This document shows positions 35,227 to 47,078 of a DNA stretch of 64,000 bases, piece by piece. The position numbers and the translations under genes are program-made. The stretch covers positions 186,001 through 250,000 of the forward strand of contig OZ210884.1 in the NCBI GenBank assembly GCA_964658305.1. Direction: 5' to 3'. The stretch is from Leptogorgia sarmentosa (taxonomy: Eukaryota). Every line of letters begins with the position of its first letter. Position 1 is the first letter of the stretch. Under the pieces are notes generated by a model, which did no database searches, had not been told where the DNA came from, and was given only the letters and a program-made list of their open reading frames with translations.

Positions 35227-35321
35227 AGCACTTCTGGCCACGCTGTCTCTCGAAATTTCCTTCGAAATTAAAATAAAAATATTATCGTTATTTTCACATT
35301 CCGAGAAAAGATAAATGTTTC

Positions 35322-35393
35322 TCCCATGTAGTTTAGTGGTCAGGATCTGGCGCTCTCACCGCCAAGGCCCGGGTTCGATTCCCGGCATGGGAA
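35322..35393 (+). tRNA. tRNA-Glu(CTC)
   Basis: Intact cloverleaf. Confidence 0.85.
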
Positions 35394-35675
35394 TAATACT
35401 TGCGAGAGAAGGAAAAAATATTCAATTCCACAAATCAACACAACCGTTGCTATTATAGTAGCTCTATCCCACTTACCCATTTTTTTGGTGTTTTCTGTAT
35501 TTAAGTCCGTATTGAGATGATCTTGCTTTTCCACAAAAAAAATGATTTTGTTGATCATTGTTAAAGTGTAACAATTTCCTAGAACTTACTCTGATTTATT
35601 ATTTGAAGGTGTTTGGTGAAAATTTTCGGCATCTTGTGGAATATGAACATTATTGCGAAACAATTGGACAACTTT

Positions 35676-35746
35676 GCGTCGGTGGTTCAGTGGTAGAATT
35701 CTCGCCTGCCACGCGGGAGAGCGGGGTTCGATTCCACGCTAACGCA
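35676..35746 (+). tRNA. tRNA-Gly(GCC), stem mismatches
   Basis: Loop CTGCCAC, GTTCGATTC. Confidence 0.68.
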
Positions 35747-35830
35747 GATTCTTTTCATTTTGTTGCATTTCAACTGCAATACGAGAAACAAACTATCTTT
35801 GTAACACAGGAATAGTCTGCAAGTTATCAC

Positions 35831-35902
35831 TCCCATGTGGTCTAGTGGTTAGGATCTGGCGTTTTCACCGCCATGGCCCGGGTTCGATTGCCGCCGTGGG
35901 AA
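35831..35902 (+). tRNA. tRNA-Glu(TTC), T-stem mismatch
   Basis: Loop TTTTCAC. Confidence 0.7.
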
Positions 35903-35988
35903 TTTTTTCTAAAAATTTCAATTTGAAGCAGCTTGTGTTCACATTCTCAAACTCGTTCGCTGAAACCAAACCATTTTAACAGCAGTAC

Positions 35989-36043
35989 GACCTTGTGGCA
36001 CAATTGGTAGCGCTTCTGACTCCAGATCAGAAGATTAAGTGTT
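35989..36043 (+). pseudogene. tRNA-Trp(CCA), 3'-truncated
   Basis: Breaks off in the T arm. Confidence 0.65.
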
Positions 36044-36082
36044 GAAAGTATTAAAGAGAGATGATATTGTCAGCACGTCACA

Positions 36083-36165
36083 GGTAGCGTGGACGAGTGG
36101 TCTAAGGCGCTGGTTTTAAGGCACCAGTCATTTCGTTGGCGTGGGTTCGAATCCCACTGCAGCCA
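36083..36165 (+). tRNA. tRNA-Leu(AAG), 8-nt anticodon loop, probably degenerate
   Basis: ggtagcgtgg...ctggttttaaggcaccag...ggttcgaatccc. Confidence 0.6.
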
Positions 36166-36786
36166 AACTTTGGTTGTTCATGGACGTTGTGGTTGATTGA
36201 GCTGATATAAGTTTCAAAACGTGATGCTTCTTATCCAAATTTTGTGAAAATTCGCCATTTATCCAGCCAAAAAGAATAAAAATGACATTTTCTGATATCT
36301 CCCTCTTTTGGTGGAAATTAGTTGATAGCCACAAACTTTTTGATCATGGACAGAGTTTTTGCATTGTATTCTTAATATCATTGTTGTGAATTTCCTGGAC
36401 GCTGATTGGTTAAAAACCTTCAACAACTGTGCAAATTAATCTTTAATTTGCACATAATCTTTAATTTGCACAGTGTGCAAATTAAACTTAATTGCACGGT
36501 TTCGAGCCCGCGATACCTAATAAAAACAAATAAATAAACGCTTAAATCAACGCCAAAATTCTTGTTTTTTTTATAATTTATTTTCAACTTTGGACAAAAA
36601 AGGTTAATGGCCGTGTACTACCATGATATTAATACGAAATTACACTTGTTCTCGAAGTATTAATGAAAAATATCACTTGTGTTTGGCGAAATATTTCGCC
36701 AAACACGCATGCAATTTTTCATTAATACTTCTCGAACCGTGTAATTTCCTATACTTATTCAACGTTTCAAATGCCTAGTTCAATAT

Positions 36787-36858
36787 AGGTTCTGCCGAGA
36801 CTTGAACTCGGACCTCTGGATTCAAAGTCCAAAGTGCTAACCATTACCCCACTGAACG
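36787..36858 (-). pseudogene. tRNA-Gln(TTG), degenerate
   Basis: Loop CTTTGAA; acceptor mismatches. Confidence 0.65.
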
Positions 36859-36999
36859 TTAACACGTTAAAGTCAAAGATCCGATTTGTTTAACGTTTGT
36901 TCCTTTCTTCGATACAAAGATATCACGTTTGACAAAGGTCCGTGAATTTATTATAGCTGCGTTTGATATGTGCGTATAATTAACCTAGTAGGCAACACA

Positions 37000-37071
37000 A
37001 GGAGTGTAGCTCAATGGTAGAGCATTCGACTGCACATCGAGAGGTCGGTGGATCAAATCCGCCCGCTCCTT
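37000..37071 (+). tRNA. tRNA-Cys(GCA), possibly degenerate
   Basis: tcgactgcacatcga; T-loop variant. Confidence 0.65.
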
Positions 37072-37281
37072 CTTATCATACCTATAAACTGGAAAAATTT
37101 CAAATTCTTTAAAGCAGGCTGATGAGAAATATGCGTCCCAAAGAGTTGAGATGCATATACTACGATTCGTGTTAAATCTATCCACCAATACTTGAAAACG
37201 ATTACTAAAATATTTTCTTGGATTTTACTGGCAGAATAAAAATTTATTCATTTCGAAGTGGAAGCGATGGTTAAAGCCAAC

Positions 37282-37366
37282 GTGGTCGTGGCCGAGTGGT
37301 TAAGGCGACAGACTAGAAATCTGTTGGGAAATTCCCGCGCAGGTTCAAATCCTGCAGCCGACTACG
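37282..37366 (+). tRNA. tRNA-Ser(AGA), 3-nt insertion near 3' end
   Basis: Loop CTAGAAA. Confidence 0.68.
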
Positions 37367-37594
37367 GAAGAGCAAATCTCCAGAATGTATTTGGCAAAAT
37401 TTTGGTGTTATAGCATGGAATAAGGAGAAAAATAGAGAAATGTTATAAAAAGAAGTTGTCGAAGAAAGCTTTTAAAGCAAAGTTTTCGACTTCTAACTAG
37501 AGTCCGAACGACGCCGAGTGCTATTTGAGGTCTTTGGAAAACACACGAGTGTATGTTATTACATAGTAATATCCGAAGGTTTTCAATGGAGTCG

Positions 37595-37600
37595 GTCTCT

Positions 37601-37644
<44 letters not shown>

Positions 37645-37668
37645 TTGGTTCGAGTCCAACCAGGGACG
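37595..37668 (+). tRNA. tRNA-Asn(GTT)
   Basis: Intact cloverleaf. Confidence 0.9.
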
Positions 37669-37788
37669 TGTTTGGTGTGATGTTATTCAGACGTCGTGAC
37701 GGTAAATTAATCGAATTTTTTGCGCGGTGTTTTCTAAGGATTACGGAAGCTTTCAGAAAACAGAACGTCTTACTTGGTTAATTAACTA

Positions 37789-37860
37789 GGGCTTGCACGG
37801 GAATCGAACCCGTGACCTCTCGCACCCAAAGCGAGAATCATACCACTAGACCCGCAAGCC
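37789..37860 (-). tRNA. tRNA-Pro(TGG)
   Basis: Loop TTTGGGT, GTTCGATTC. Confidence 0.8.
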
Positions 37861-38149
37861 ATTGATGGTCTCAAAATGTTTTCTAATGTACTTTGTAGTG
37901 ACGGGGAACGTGGGTGTCGAATATTATGTGTTTGTTGCCCCCGTTGCGATCCTTACAGCGAGAAAAAATGACCAAAATCCCACTCGAATTTCAACCTTTT
38001 TATTTTATCCCGATTCACGATAATAATAACACAAGCCCCTCCCTGTTCTAAATATAAACCTTACATGCTTACATGCTATGACGTCAGTCTACGACATGGG
38101 AGATTAGTGTAAAACGTTACAAAACATTTTCCAATCTTCCAGCGAAGTC

Positions 38150-38221
38150 GCCGTGATCGTATAGTGGCTAGTACATTGCGTTGTGGCCGCAATAACCCAG
38201 ATTCAAATCCTGGTCACGGCA
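38150..38221 (+). tRNA. tRNA-His(GTG)
   Basis: Loop TTGTGGC; T-stem variant. Confidence 0.75.
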
Positions 38222-38386
38222 TCTGATTCAAACAGCAGACGTATTGTAATTACGATTGCGGACATCGTGACCGTTGAAATTCTGTTTATTGTTGCCGTTG
38301 GATGAGGCCTTGGCAAAAAATCAGATTTTGACCAATAATAATATCCATTGTTTTTATGTCTTTTCGGAAGGCTTTCAATGGAGTCG

Positions 38387-38392
38387 GTCTTT

Positions 38393-38436
<44 letters not shown>

Positions 38437-38460
38437 TTGGTTGGAATCCAACCAGGGACG
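38387..38460 (+). tRNA. tRNA-Asn(GTT), B-box variant
   Basis: Loop CTGTTAA; GTTGGAATC. Confidence 0.7.
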
Positions 38461-38582
38461 TGTTTGGTGTGATGTTATTCAGGCATCGTGACGGCAAATA
38501 TAACCGAATTTTTTGCGCGTGGTTTTCTAAGGATTTACGGAAGCTTTCAAAAAACAGAACGTCTTACTTGGTTAATTAACTA

Positions 38583-38654
38583 GGGCTTGCACGGGAATCG
38601 AACCGGTGACCTCTCGCACCTAAAGCGAAAATCATACCACTAGACCAGCAAGCC
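38583..38654 (-). pseudogene. tRNA-Pro body with anticodon changed to TAG
   Basis: Loop TTTAGGT vs TTTGGGT in paralogues; stem mismatches. Confidence 0.6.
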
Positions 38655-38892
38655 AATGATTATATCAAATTGTTCCCTAATTTGCTTTGTACTGACGAAG
38701 AAAAATATGGGATTAATGTAATATCTCAACCGTTGCAACTCGATGGGAAGAGATCCTGTTCTCGACGGAAAGAAGTCACGTGATGACACATGTGATGAAT
38801 GAGTTTGTATTTAAATGCAAAATTGACAAAACAGAGGTAATGAAAAAATTGATACTTTCCTTGGTAGGTAATTAACATAGGTCGACTACACA

Positions 38893-38943
38893 GGGAGTGT
38901 GGCTCAGTGGTGGAGCATTCGACTGCAGATCGAGAGGTCGGTG
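38893..38943 (+). pseudogene. tRNA-Cys(GCA), 3'-truncated
   Basis: tcgactgcagatcga followed by a deletion. Confidence 0.6.
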
Positions 38944-39287
38944 TTATCACATCCATAAACTGGAAATGTTCAAAATTCTTGATTTATTGATTTCGAAATA
39001 CAAAGCAATGCTAACGTAGTCTTGTGAACTGGAATCCATAAGAATAACTAGGAAATATTTGATTTGAATTGCTTGTCATTGACCTATTTTTGCTGCTGCC
39101 AAATATTTAACATACAATTATTAGAATCGCGTAGAATATTTATTCTACTATCAAAAACGGTTAATCTCGGGAATTCCTGAGAAAGAAAAATCTGAGCGAT
39201 GCTCTAGCCACTTTCGCCACGGTCTGGATGCGCGCCTGAGACGTCAATGTTAAGTTGAATAACGCGAAACCTCTTGGTTGTTGGAAC

Positions 39288-39370
39288 GTAGTCGTGGCAG
39301 AGCGGTTAAGGCGATAGACTAGAAATCTGTTGCGAGTTTCCACGCGCAGGTTCAAATCCTGCCGACTACG
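39288..39370 (+). tRNA. tRNA-Ser(AGA)
   Basis: gtagtcg/cgactac stem, loop CTAGAAA. Confidence 0.75.
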
Positions 39371-42300
39371 TTATGCAAAGTTTTGAATATTGTCGTCTCG
39401 AATGTAAACACGGTTTTTTAAGGGAATAACTCGATGAGAGGAAATTCTGTTCTCAGTGGTGATGGCTGAATGCTTAAATTCCATCTACAAAGACAACGGA
39501 AAGAAGTCGCGTTTTTTATTGTATTAAAGTTATGAAACATGCCAAGAAAGATTTTGTATTCGAATATAAAATTGATAAACAGAGGTTCGTGAATTGATTA
39601 TAGCTGCGTTTCAAAGCATATGTACGTGATAAAACTATAGGTTGTATAGGTTGGTCACGGACAAGAATAACCTCGAGAATAGACATACTATTAACTACTG
39701 CCGAGGATATTATAATTTCCGTCTCCCTGCTGCCATCGTAATGCGTGTGTCATCGGCTTCCCCGACCAGGGGGGGGGGCAGGCAATAGTTGGGACTTTCC
39801 AAATACTATCCAGTATTGTCTAAACATTACCCCACCACACGGGCCATGTTTTTTTTCAAATTCCCAACCCCTGAAGCTAAATGATGATGAAAATATCCAC
39901 CCCCCCCCTGGCAAAAAACTATTGCCAAATTTTAAAAAATTCAACCCTAAAAACAAATCAAAACATTTTCAATGATACAACTTTATTGCATTTTTTAATA
40001 CTAAAGGTATCTTACCTTGCTATCATTACCAATCTTGTAATTTCAAATTTTATTACAATCAAATTTTGTAAGTTTTTCGTAGTTTATGTTCGGCGTGCAT
40101 TAGGTAACAAAAAGCTTTTCACTGACTCTGAAAACCGCCACAAGAAGTTGCATAATGCGTCTGATGGCCATGTCGGATTTGTAAATCCCATTGAAACACT
40201 TTCTAAAACATGCTGAAAGAAGAACGACACCATTTTCTATCTCTTCCAGAGCAAACCTTATCAATGGCAAACAACGACTACAGTTAAATTGTTTGTGCGT
40301 TCTTGGACAATATGTCCTTCTAGCAACAACAAATTCCTCCAACGATAAGTTTTGAATTCGTGACAAGTATAAATTGTATGTGTTTTTTATGTTACCTGTA
40401 AGGTTCATTTTAAGGTAAACGGAATATTTTTCAAACAATGTGTTCATTCCTGCAGCAGAATGCTCTGTTACAGGCTCTGTTAATCTAAAAAAGGTTGTTC
40501 CTGGTTAGAACTTGCATCACTTTCAAGAAGAGGGGAATGACCAACACTTGTGGCACCTTGGTATTCACTTGTTTTTTTACAACTTTGCCGATTAGCTGGA
40601 CCCTCATATTCAAGAGATACAACAGGAATTTCATTTTCTGGAGCTGAATCGTAGTCCGCAACCAAATGGGCTGTTGATCATATTTCTTGATAGTATAGCA
40701 CATGACCTTTGTAGCTTTCGAATACATGAGAAGTCATTGGAAGCAGGCTCTTCGTCTGATTAAATTAATACACCAGTGTCTTCACCAACCGACGAGCTGG
40801 AGGATTCCTTTGTCACATCGATTTTTGTTTCTTTTTGCATGGTCTGCCTTCGACCTCGTCTGCTTGGTTTTGAGCTTTTGCAACTCTGCTTCTAACTTTC
40901 TTTTCTTCACATTTTCCTTCAAGATACTTCTATTGATCTAAGCTGCTTCTAGAAACTTTTCTGTATTGCTATACTTAACCGTCTTTTGTTGCAGAAAATT
41001 AATAGTCTCCTTCTGGCGTAAAATATTTTCAGAAGGTTCTTTTTTTGTGCCTGTCGAACATCTTGATGTACATACTTTCCTTTCTTTTTGCCATCTTCAC
41101 TTCCAAACACTTGAGACCTTGTTACTGAGAAATTGTTACTGCTGTTTCAGCTGTGTTAGTTTTCTCATTAAGGTTCTACCAAAGCAGATATTCAATTAAA
41201 CTGGCAAGCCAGATGATAATTTTATCTAATCACGTTAATGTTATCAGTTATTATTATTCAGTTTTCGTAAACTAGTGTTCTGATTGGCCGATTTGTACCA
41301 CGTGACTTCATTTTACATAACAACAATGCACGGCCGTGCATTATAGCCGTGCGTAAACTTTTTATTGCACTGCAAGATGGCTTCCGAGTGCGAGAAGTTT
41401 TTAGATTTGTCCACCGAGGATATAGAGGCAATAATTTCTGAGGCAACTATAAAATTTATTTTTTGTAATAAATATGGATTGTGTGGCGTTTCTTTTTGCA
41501 TATTTCTCTATGCATGTATATAACAATGTGAAATGCTTGTTCTTTTGTGGTTTACTCAAATTGAATATTAAAACGTTTAAAGCACTCTTTTTCGTGCATT
41601 ATCGGCATTTTCAAGCACTCATTCGCGAACAAGAAACTCGAAATTTAATTTGTTCGCGAATTCGTGCTTGAAATGCCGTTAATGCACTCAAAGAGTGCTG
41701 TAATCCTTAATTATCACATGATAATCCCTGAAATTACAACAACTTTATGATAAAATAATAATAATATAAACAGTACCTACACTTTACATTTTGCTTTCAA
41801 CACCTCTGAAAAAAACACGCAGCTAAATGAACATTAAAACTACAGTACAGTGGAATTACAGTATATACCTGAAATCGGTCACCAAGCATCATTTTACCAT
41901 TAACCAATTTAATAGTGCGCTGCAGGGAGTTTTTTTTTAAATTTGGTTGTTGTGTTTGATCATCTTGCACCATTGCTTTTGGTTGCTCTTCAGAAGAAAG
42001 AATAACCTTCTCTTTCAAGGCCTGTAGATGTCAAATACATAATGAACATTAGAGGAAAAATCATGTTGTAAAGCAAGAGATTACAAAGACTGGGGGATTG
42101 GAGCGGGGTAAAAAGGCAGTCAGGGATATAATGATGAAGTAGAAATCTACAGAACAATTGTGGGACCAAAACACAAATCTGTAACACTATAGCACTGAGT
42201 CACTATAGCAAGTTAGTCGAAAACAAACATTTGAAAGTGACTGAGAAGTTACAGATTGCCAATTATACGTCTTAAAATGAACACTGCACACTGAAATTAA

Positions 42301-42764
42301 ATACATCACTCACCCTCCCGCCATTAAAACTAGAAAAACTACGAGTTCCTAAATGTTTCATACTATGTCAACCTTACTTAGTAGCCTATAAATTCAATAG
42401 AGATGTGCCAATGTTTGAAATGCTTGAATTTCTTTTTGGATTTCTGACAATGAAATGCATGATATATTATGATAACAGTTTTGAAACATTGCATATTTTT
42501 TTGTTTATTGATACCATATTTTTAGCCGGTACGAGCCTTGGAGATAACGATAACTGCCAAAAGTTGAGTTTTAGAGGAACTGTATTTACAGTAAAAATAA
42601 ACAACTTCAGCAATAACATCAAACTAAGCGTTCTGGTATGCAATTCAGCTGAGCTATGAAGATTAATAACTTTATGTAGAAAACGAGCATGGGTTTATTT
42701 TGTTTGATGTCAAAAATTAAAAAACCGCTAACTCCATTAACAAACGATTACTTCAAGGCCTTAA

Positions 42765-43011
42765 GGCCTGATTCCACTACGGCGAAATATTTTGCGGGAA
42801 ATTGTGTCTGCGAAATGCGGATGGTTGCACATGAACGATTCTATTGAATTCTCCCACATTTTTCGCATTCGTAATGAGTATGACTTCTACTGACTGGCGA
42901 AGCGAAATTTTTTCTCGAGAAATCTTATTTGCTCTTATGACGCATGCGCACAATTATTTCGCGTGAAAATTTTCGCGTTTCGCCAAGACATACCGCCCGT
43001 GGAATCAGGCC
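42765..43011. mobile_element. PIF/Harbinger-like MITE
   Basis: TIR ggcctgattccac / gtggaatcaggcc. Confidence 0.7.
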
Positions 43012-43125
43012 TTTAGAAGGAACATATTTCAATTAAGTGGAATTGATCAATTCCATTCTCAACGTTTTTCTACTTTCTCAATACAACTATCCGGATTTTT
43101 CTTAGGAACCCTAGTGATAGTTTTG

Positions 43126-43195
43126 AGCCCCATCAGAGATTTGAACTCTGGACCTGTTTACAAGACCAGTGCTCTAACCACCGAGCTAATGAGGC
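43126..43195 (-). pseudogene. tRNA-Thr(TGT) with small deletion
   Basis: Loop CTTGTAA. Confidence 0.6.
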
Positions 43196-43368
43196 AACTT
43201 GTTTCGGTCTTGAAATTCATAATATAAATTTATTTACCATAATAATTTATCTTATGCTGACGTCTATTTCAATAAAAAACATTCTTTAAAAAATTGGCTT
43301 CTATTCACATTTCATAATATCGCAAGAATTCACTTCGAAATGTGTTATAACACGATTTAGAAAAATTG

Positions 43369-43453
43369 AGCCTCATCAGAGATTTGAACTCTGGACCCCT
43401 GGTTTACTAGCTGCCTTACTAGACCAGTGCTCTAACCCCTGAGCTAATGAGGC
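43369..43453 (-). tRNA. tRNA-Thr(AGT) with putative 12-nt intron (43405-43416)
   Basis: CT-AGT-A[aggcagctagta]A-accag; remainder intact. Confidence 0.7.
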
Positions 43454-43790
43454 ACGTTGACAACTTCCTGTTGCTTTCACAAGCTTGTCGTTGAATTTTA
43501 TTACCTAATTTACCTTATGCTATTCTTCACTAATTCAGTTCATATTGCAAAAAGATTAAAATTCAGATAATGTACTGGTTTTCTATCTTTGACAAACGAT
43601 TACTCCCAGAGTCGATAAGTCTGTTAGAAGTTCCTCACTTCCTGTTACAAGTTCCTAGCGTATTGACTTCCTGTGTGAAAGTTGTAACTTAATAATTCTA
43701 TTGGAACCACGAAATGGCACAAAAAACTTCGAACAATAATAATTATATAATTTAACTGAATAAATATATTTCTATTTTGCGCATAGGTGA

Positions 43791-43863
43791 GTTTCCGTAG
43801 TTTAGTGGTTATCACATGCGCTTAATACGCGCAAGGTCCCCAGTTCGAACCTGGGCGGAAACA
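43791..43863 (+). tRNA. tRNA-Val body with AAT (Ile) anticodon
   Basis: GTTTCCG..CGGAAACA Val-type acceptor; loop TTAATAC. Confidence 0.7.
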
Positions 43864-44005
43864 TACATGTGAGCTTTTTTAAATGGAGATATTTTTCTCT
43901 TTGCAAATTTTCAGTAAAAAACCTGAAAAATATTCTTGGTTATATCGAATTTGTGTAAATAGATCAGCTTTGATAAGAAATGTTCTCAATTTTTTGTAAA
44001 TTTAT

Positions 44006-44108
44006 TGTCAGGAGCGGGATTCGACCAGAACGCCCTATTACGTCAAGGTTGGTCGTGACAAGTTTTTGCACTTGAGTCTGGCGCCTTAGACCGCTCGGCC
44101 AACTTGAC
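44006..44108 (-). pseudogene. tRNA-Leu(CAA) with intron; variable/T arm deleted
   Basis: gccagactcaag + ~40-nt insert + ttctgg. Confidence 0.65.
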
Positions 44109-44556
44109 ACGCATGAAAACATGGAATTTCCTACCACATTTATTCTTTGCTACATTCAACATGCCACATCCCGTTCTGAATTTCTCTTGGGAACTGACGT
44201 GAGCCGAATACGAGTATTCCCTTAGTAGTTAAATTATCAAGTTCACCTTCACATTAATATCATATCATATATCATATCATTTTATTAAAATATCTTAGGC
44301 GCCAAAAGGGCGAATTGCGACATTCTTACAACAAGGTTAGGAAAAGGAGCTACTCTAATATTTACATAATGGTTTTTATGTTTAAAAAATGTTATTAACA
44401 TGAGGATGAGAACGTTAAGAAAGAGAATAAAAAACATTATAGGTTATTAGTACAACACATCGTAGGGATAAAACTACGTTTAAATCGTTCAGTTCTACAT
44501 CTTGGCACAGTAAGTGATTCATTATTACGTAGTTCGTAACCATGTAGATTTGCTCT

Positions 44557-45501
44557 TCATTCTGGAACAAGTTTGTTCAAACGTGATGTTGGCTGGCATA
44601 TCTTTTTGAAAGACTTTTTGCAAAGAAGAAGACGGCGTTCGCTCAAAAGGGAACATCCGGACAATGCCAAAGCTTCATCATAATGGTTTTCTGGGTAAAG
44701 AATTCGGAGAGCACGCCTCTGGACCCTTTCGATCTCGTCCGACAAAAACGCTGGAATCGAGGTGTGCCACACCGGGGCACAAAACTCCAATACAGACTGC
44801 ACCAGCGCTTTATACACTGTTAAAAGTTCGGTATTTGGAACGCCATTACGCTTGAGAACACGCAAGATGTGGAGCCGCTTTGAGGCTTTCGATGTAACAT
44901 TTTCGATGAAGATGTTCCATTTTAAATTAGATTGAAGGGGTAAACCAAGAACTTTATGACAATCAACGCGTTCGAGTAAGGTTTCGCCGATGCTTAGGGC
45001 TGGCGGGGGTTCATGCGCACTTGAAAAGGAAATAATCATCTCCTTGCATTTACTGGGGTTTAATTTCATATCGTTGGCGGTAGACCATGAATTTATTTTG
45101 TCAAGGACGAGCTGGCTTTCAGAACTATTATTATCCTGAACCACTTCAGAAAAGGCTACATCATCAACATATTTCCAGTCTGAAGTCCTAGGCGAAGACA
45201 GTGATAGGTCATTTATCATGATTATAAAAAGGATTGGGCCTAACTTTGTTCCCTGAGGGACTCCAGCAGAAACAGGGAGCCATTGTGAGATAGTAGAACC
45301 AATCTTCACAGCTTGTCGGCGACATGTTAAAAAACTACAAATCCATGGAATGATAGACCGCCTCACATTCATACTGATGAGCTTTTCGACAACAAAATTG
45401 TGATTGATATATATATATATATTATATATATAAGTTGCTGAACTGCCTTTGAGACTGCCAAATTGGCGAGGGTCAATGTCATCACCAATGTCCTCCAACA
45501 T
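44557..45501 (-). pseudogene. LINE RT C-terminal fragment
   Basis: GVPQGTKLGP, KYVDD; the DFSKAFD region is replaced by a TA-rich tract at ~45407-45432. Confidence 0.85.
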
Positions 45502-47010
45502 CCAGGAAACAACAAGGAAACAACATCCTCAAGGATTTTTGAAAGGATAGCGGTTAGGGATATAGGTCTAATATCATCTTCACATTCAGGTACTGGGATC
45601 TTTGGAACTGGTGTTAAATAGGAGTCCTTCCAGATTGATGGAACAGTTCCTGATATCAAGGATTTGTTAAAAATTGATGCAAGGGGCTCGGCAAGCTCAA
45701 AGGCAAATTCCTTGAGAATTCGAGCTTGAATTCGATCCGGACCGCACGCCTTACTAGTGTTCAGACTTAAGAGTTTTTGGCATAATTGGTGTGGGAAAAT
45801 GGCAGGTGGGACATCAGGTAGAGGCAAATATGCAGGGAGGGAAGAGGTGGCCAGCGGAGGTATGTCAGCATTCACTGAAGTAAAAAAGGTGTTGAGAGTA
45901 GAAACCAATTCACCATCAGACAAAATCTTCCCATCACGTTTCAGTTGGATATTCTTCGATGACTTTTTATTTCGACCAGATAGTTTGTTGACGATATCCC
46001 ACCATCTTTTACAATTATTTTTGGGAAGATTCTTAGATTTCTCAGCGTAAAAGTTCACCTTTCTTTTATTGATCTCAGCTTTGACTTTGTTTCTTAAGAT
46101 CTTCCACTGCTGTACGTCTCCTAAATGGAAGGCTTTTTGGCGCTTTTTTATAAGGTCCTTGATGTACGGTGTTATCCATGGTTTATCAGTTACGTGAGTG
46201 TTCACTTGCCTCAACGGGAAATACAGCTCAATTGCGTTCATTAGTTGCGAGGTAAGCGATTCTGCTAGATTATCAACTGTAGGGTTCAATCCAACATCTT
46301 TAAACCATTCATGTGTACTAACCCAACAACCAAAAGCATTAAGTGCTGGTTGTGAATAACGACGAAAAGTCCGTTTTACATTCTCGTTTTTACCGGTGTT
46401 ATTAGTTTCAGCAGAAACCGACAGCGGCGACCAGACTATTACATTGTGGTCAGATGTGCCAAGTGGCGCCAGGATTTCTGGGTCGCTGTAAAACCTGTGG
46501 AGGTCAGTGAGAAATAAATCAAGGATTGCGTTATTCCGTGTCGGTTTTGATACGATCTGTTTAAGGTTTTGCCTTACAGATAGAATCCTGGTATTTGATC
46601 TGTTAAAGTCTCCAAGGACAAGTATGCCACAATGAGAATATCTATTGCGAACGTGGTCGATAGACCATGATAAATATTCATTTAGGTCACGCTGCTCGTG
46701 TACGTTTCGATCCGGTGGGTTATATACGACACAAATGGCAATGCTTGTTAATGGCCTTGGAAGCCGACTTGGTCGCAACCATGTCCAAATACACTCGTAC
46801 TGCGGGTTTTCAAGATCCAACAAGCGTTTGCTATAAATAGAATTTGAGACGTACAAGCCAACACCACCACCACGGCCACACACACGATCACGTCGGTATA
46901 AACAGAAACCAGTCACAGATAAAAGTTCGTCATCGATCTCTTTACGGAACCAGGTTTCCGTAACTGCGGCTACATCAATTTTATTAACGTCCAGAAGTAC
47001 CGAAACACAC
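45369..47010 (-). pseudogene. LINE ORF2 APE endonuclease and RT N-terminal part
   Basis: VTETW, RGGGV, VYNPP, LGDFN, PTRNNAILD, SDH, KACGPD, IRPISLT. Confidence 0.85.
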
Positions 47011-47078
47011 AGCGAACTTTGCGAAAAGGGAAAGTTGGAGGGGCTTGCAAGGATCGAGCTGTTTCGTTACCACTTTTT

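Noticed and set aside
28889..39355. Short ORFs across the tRNA cluster
   Set aside because: Incidental translations of tRNA genes and spacers.
39740..42660. Fragmentary minus-strand ORFs (40100-40727, 41797-42018)
   Set aside because: Possibly a decayed transposon gene, but I found no motif or boundary I can support.
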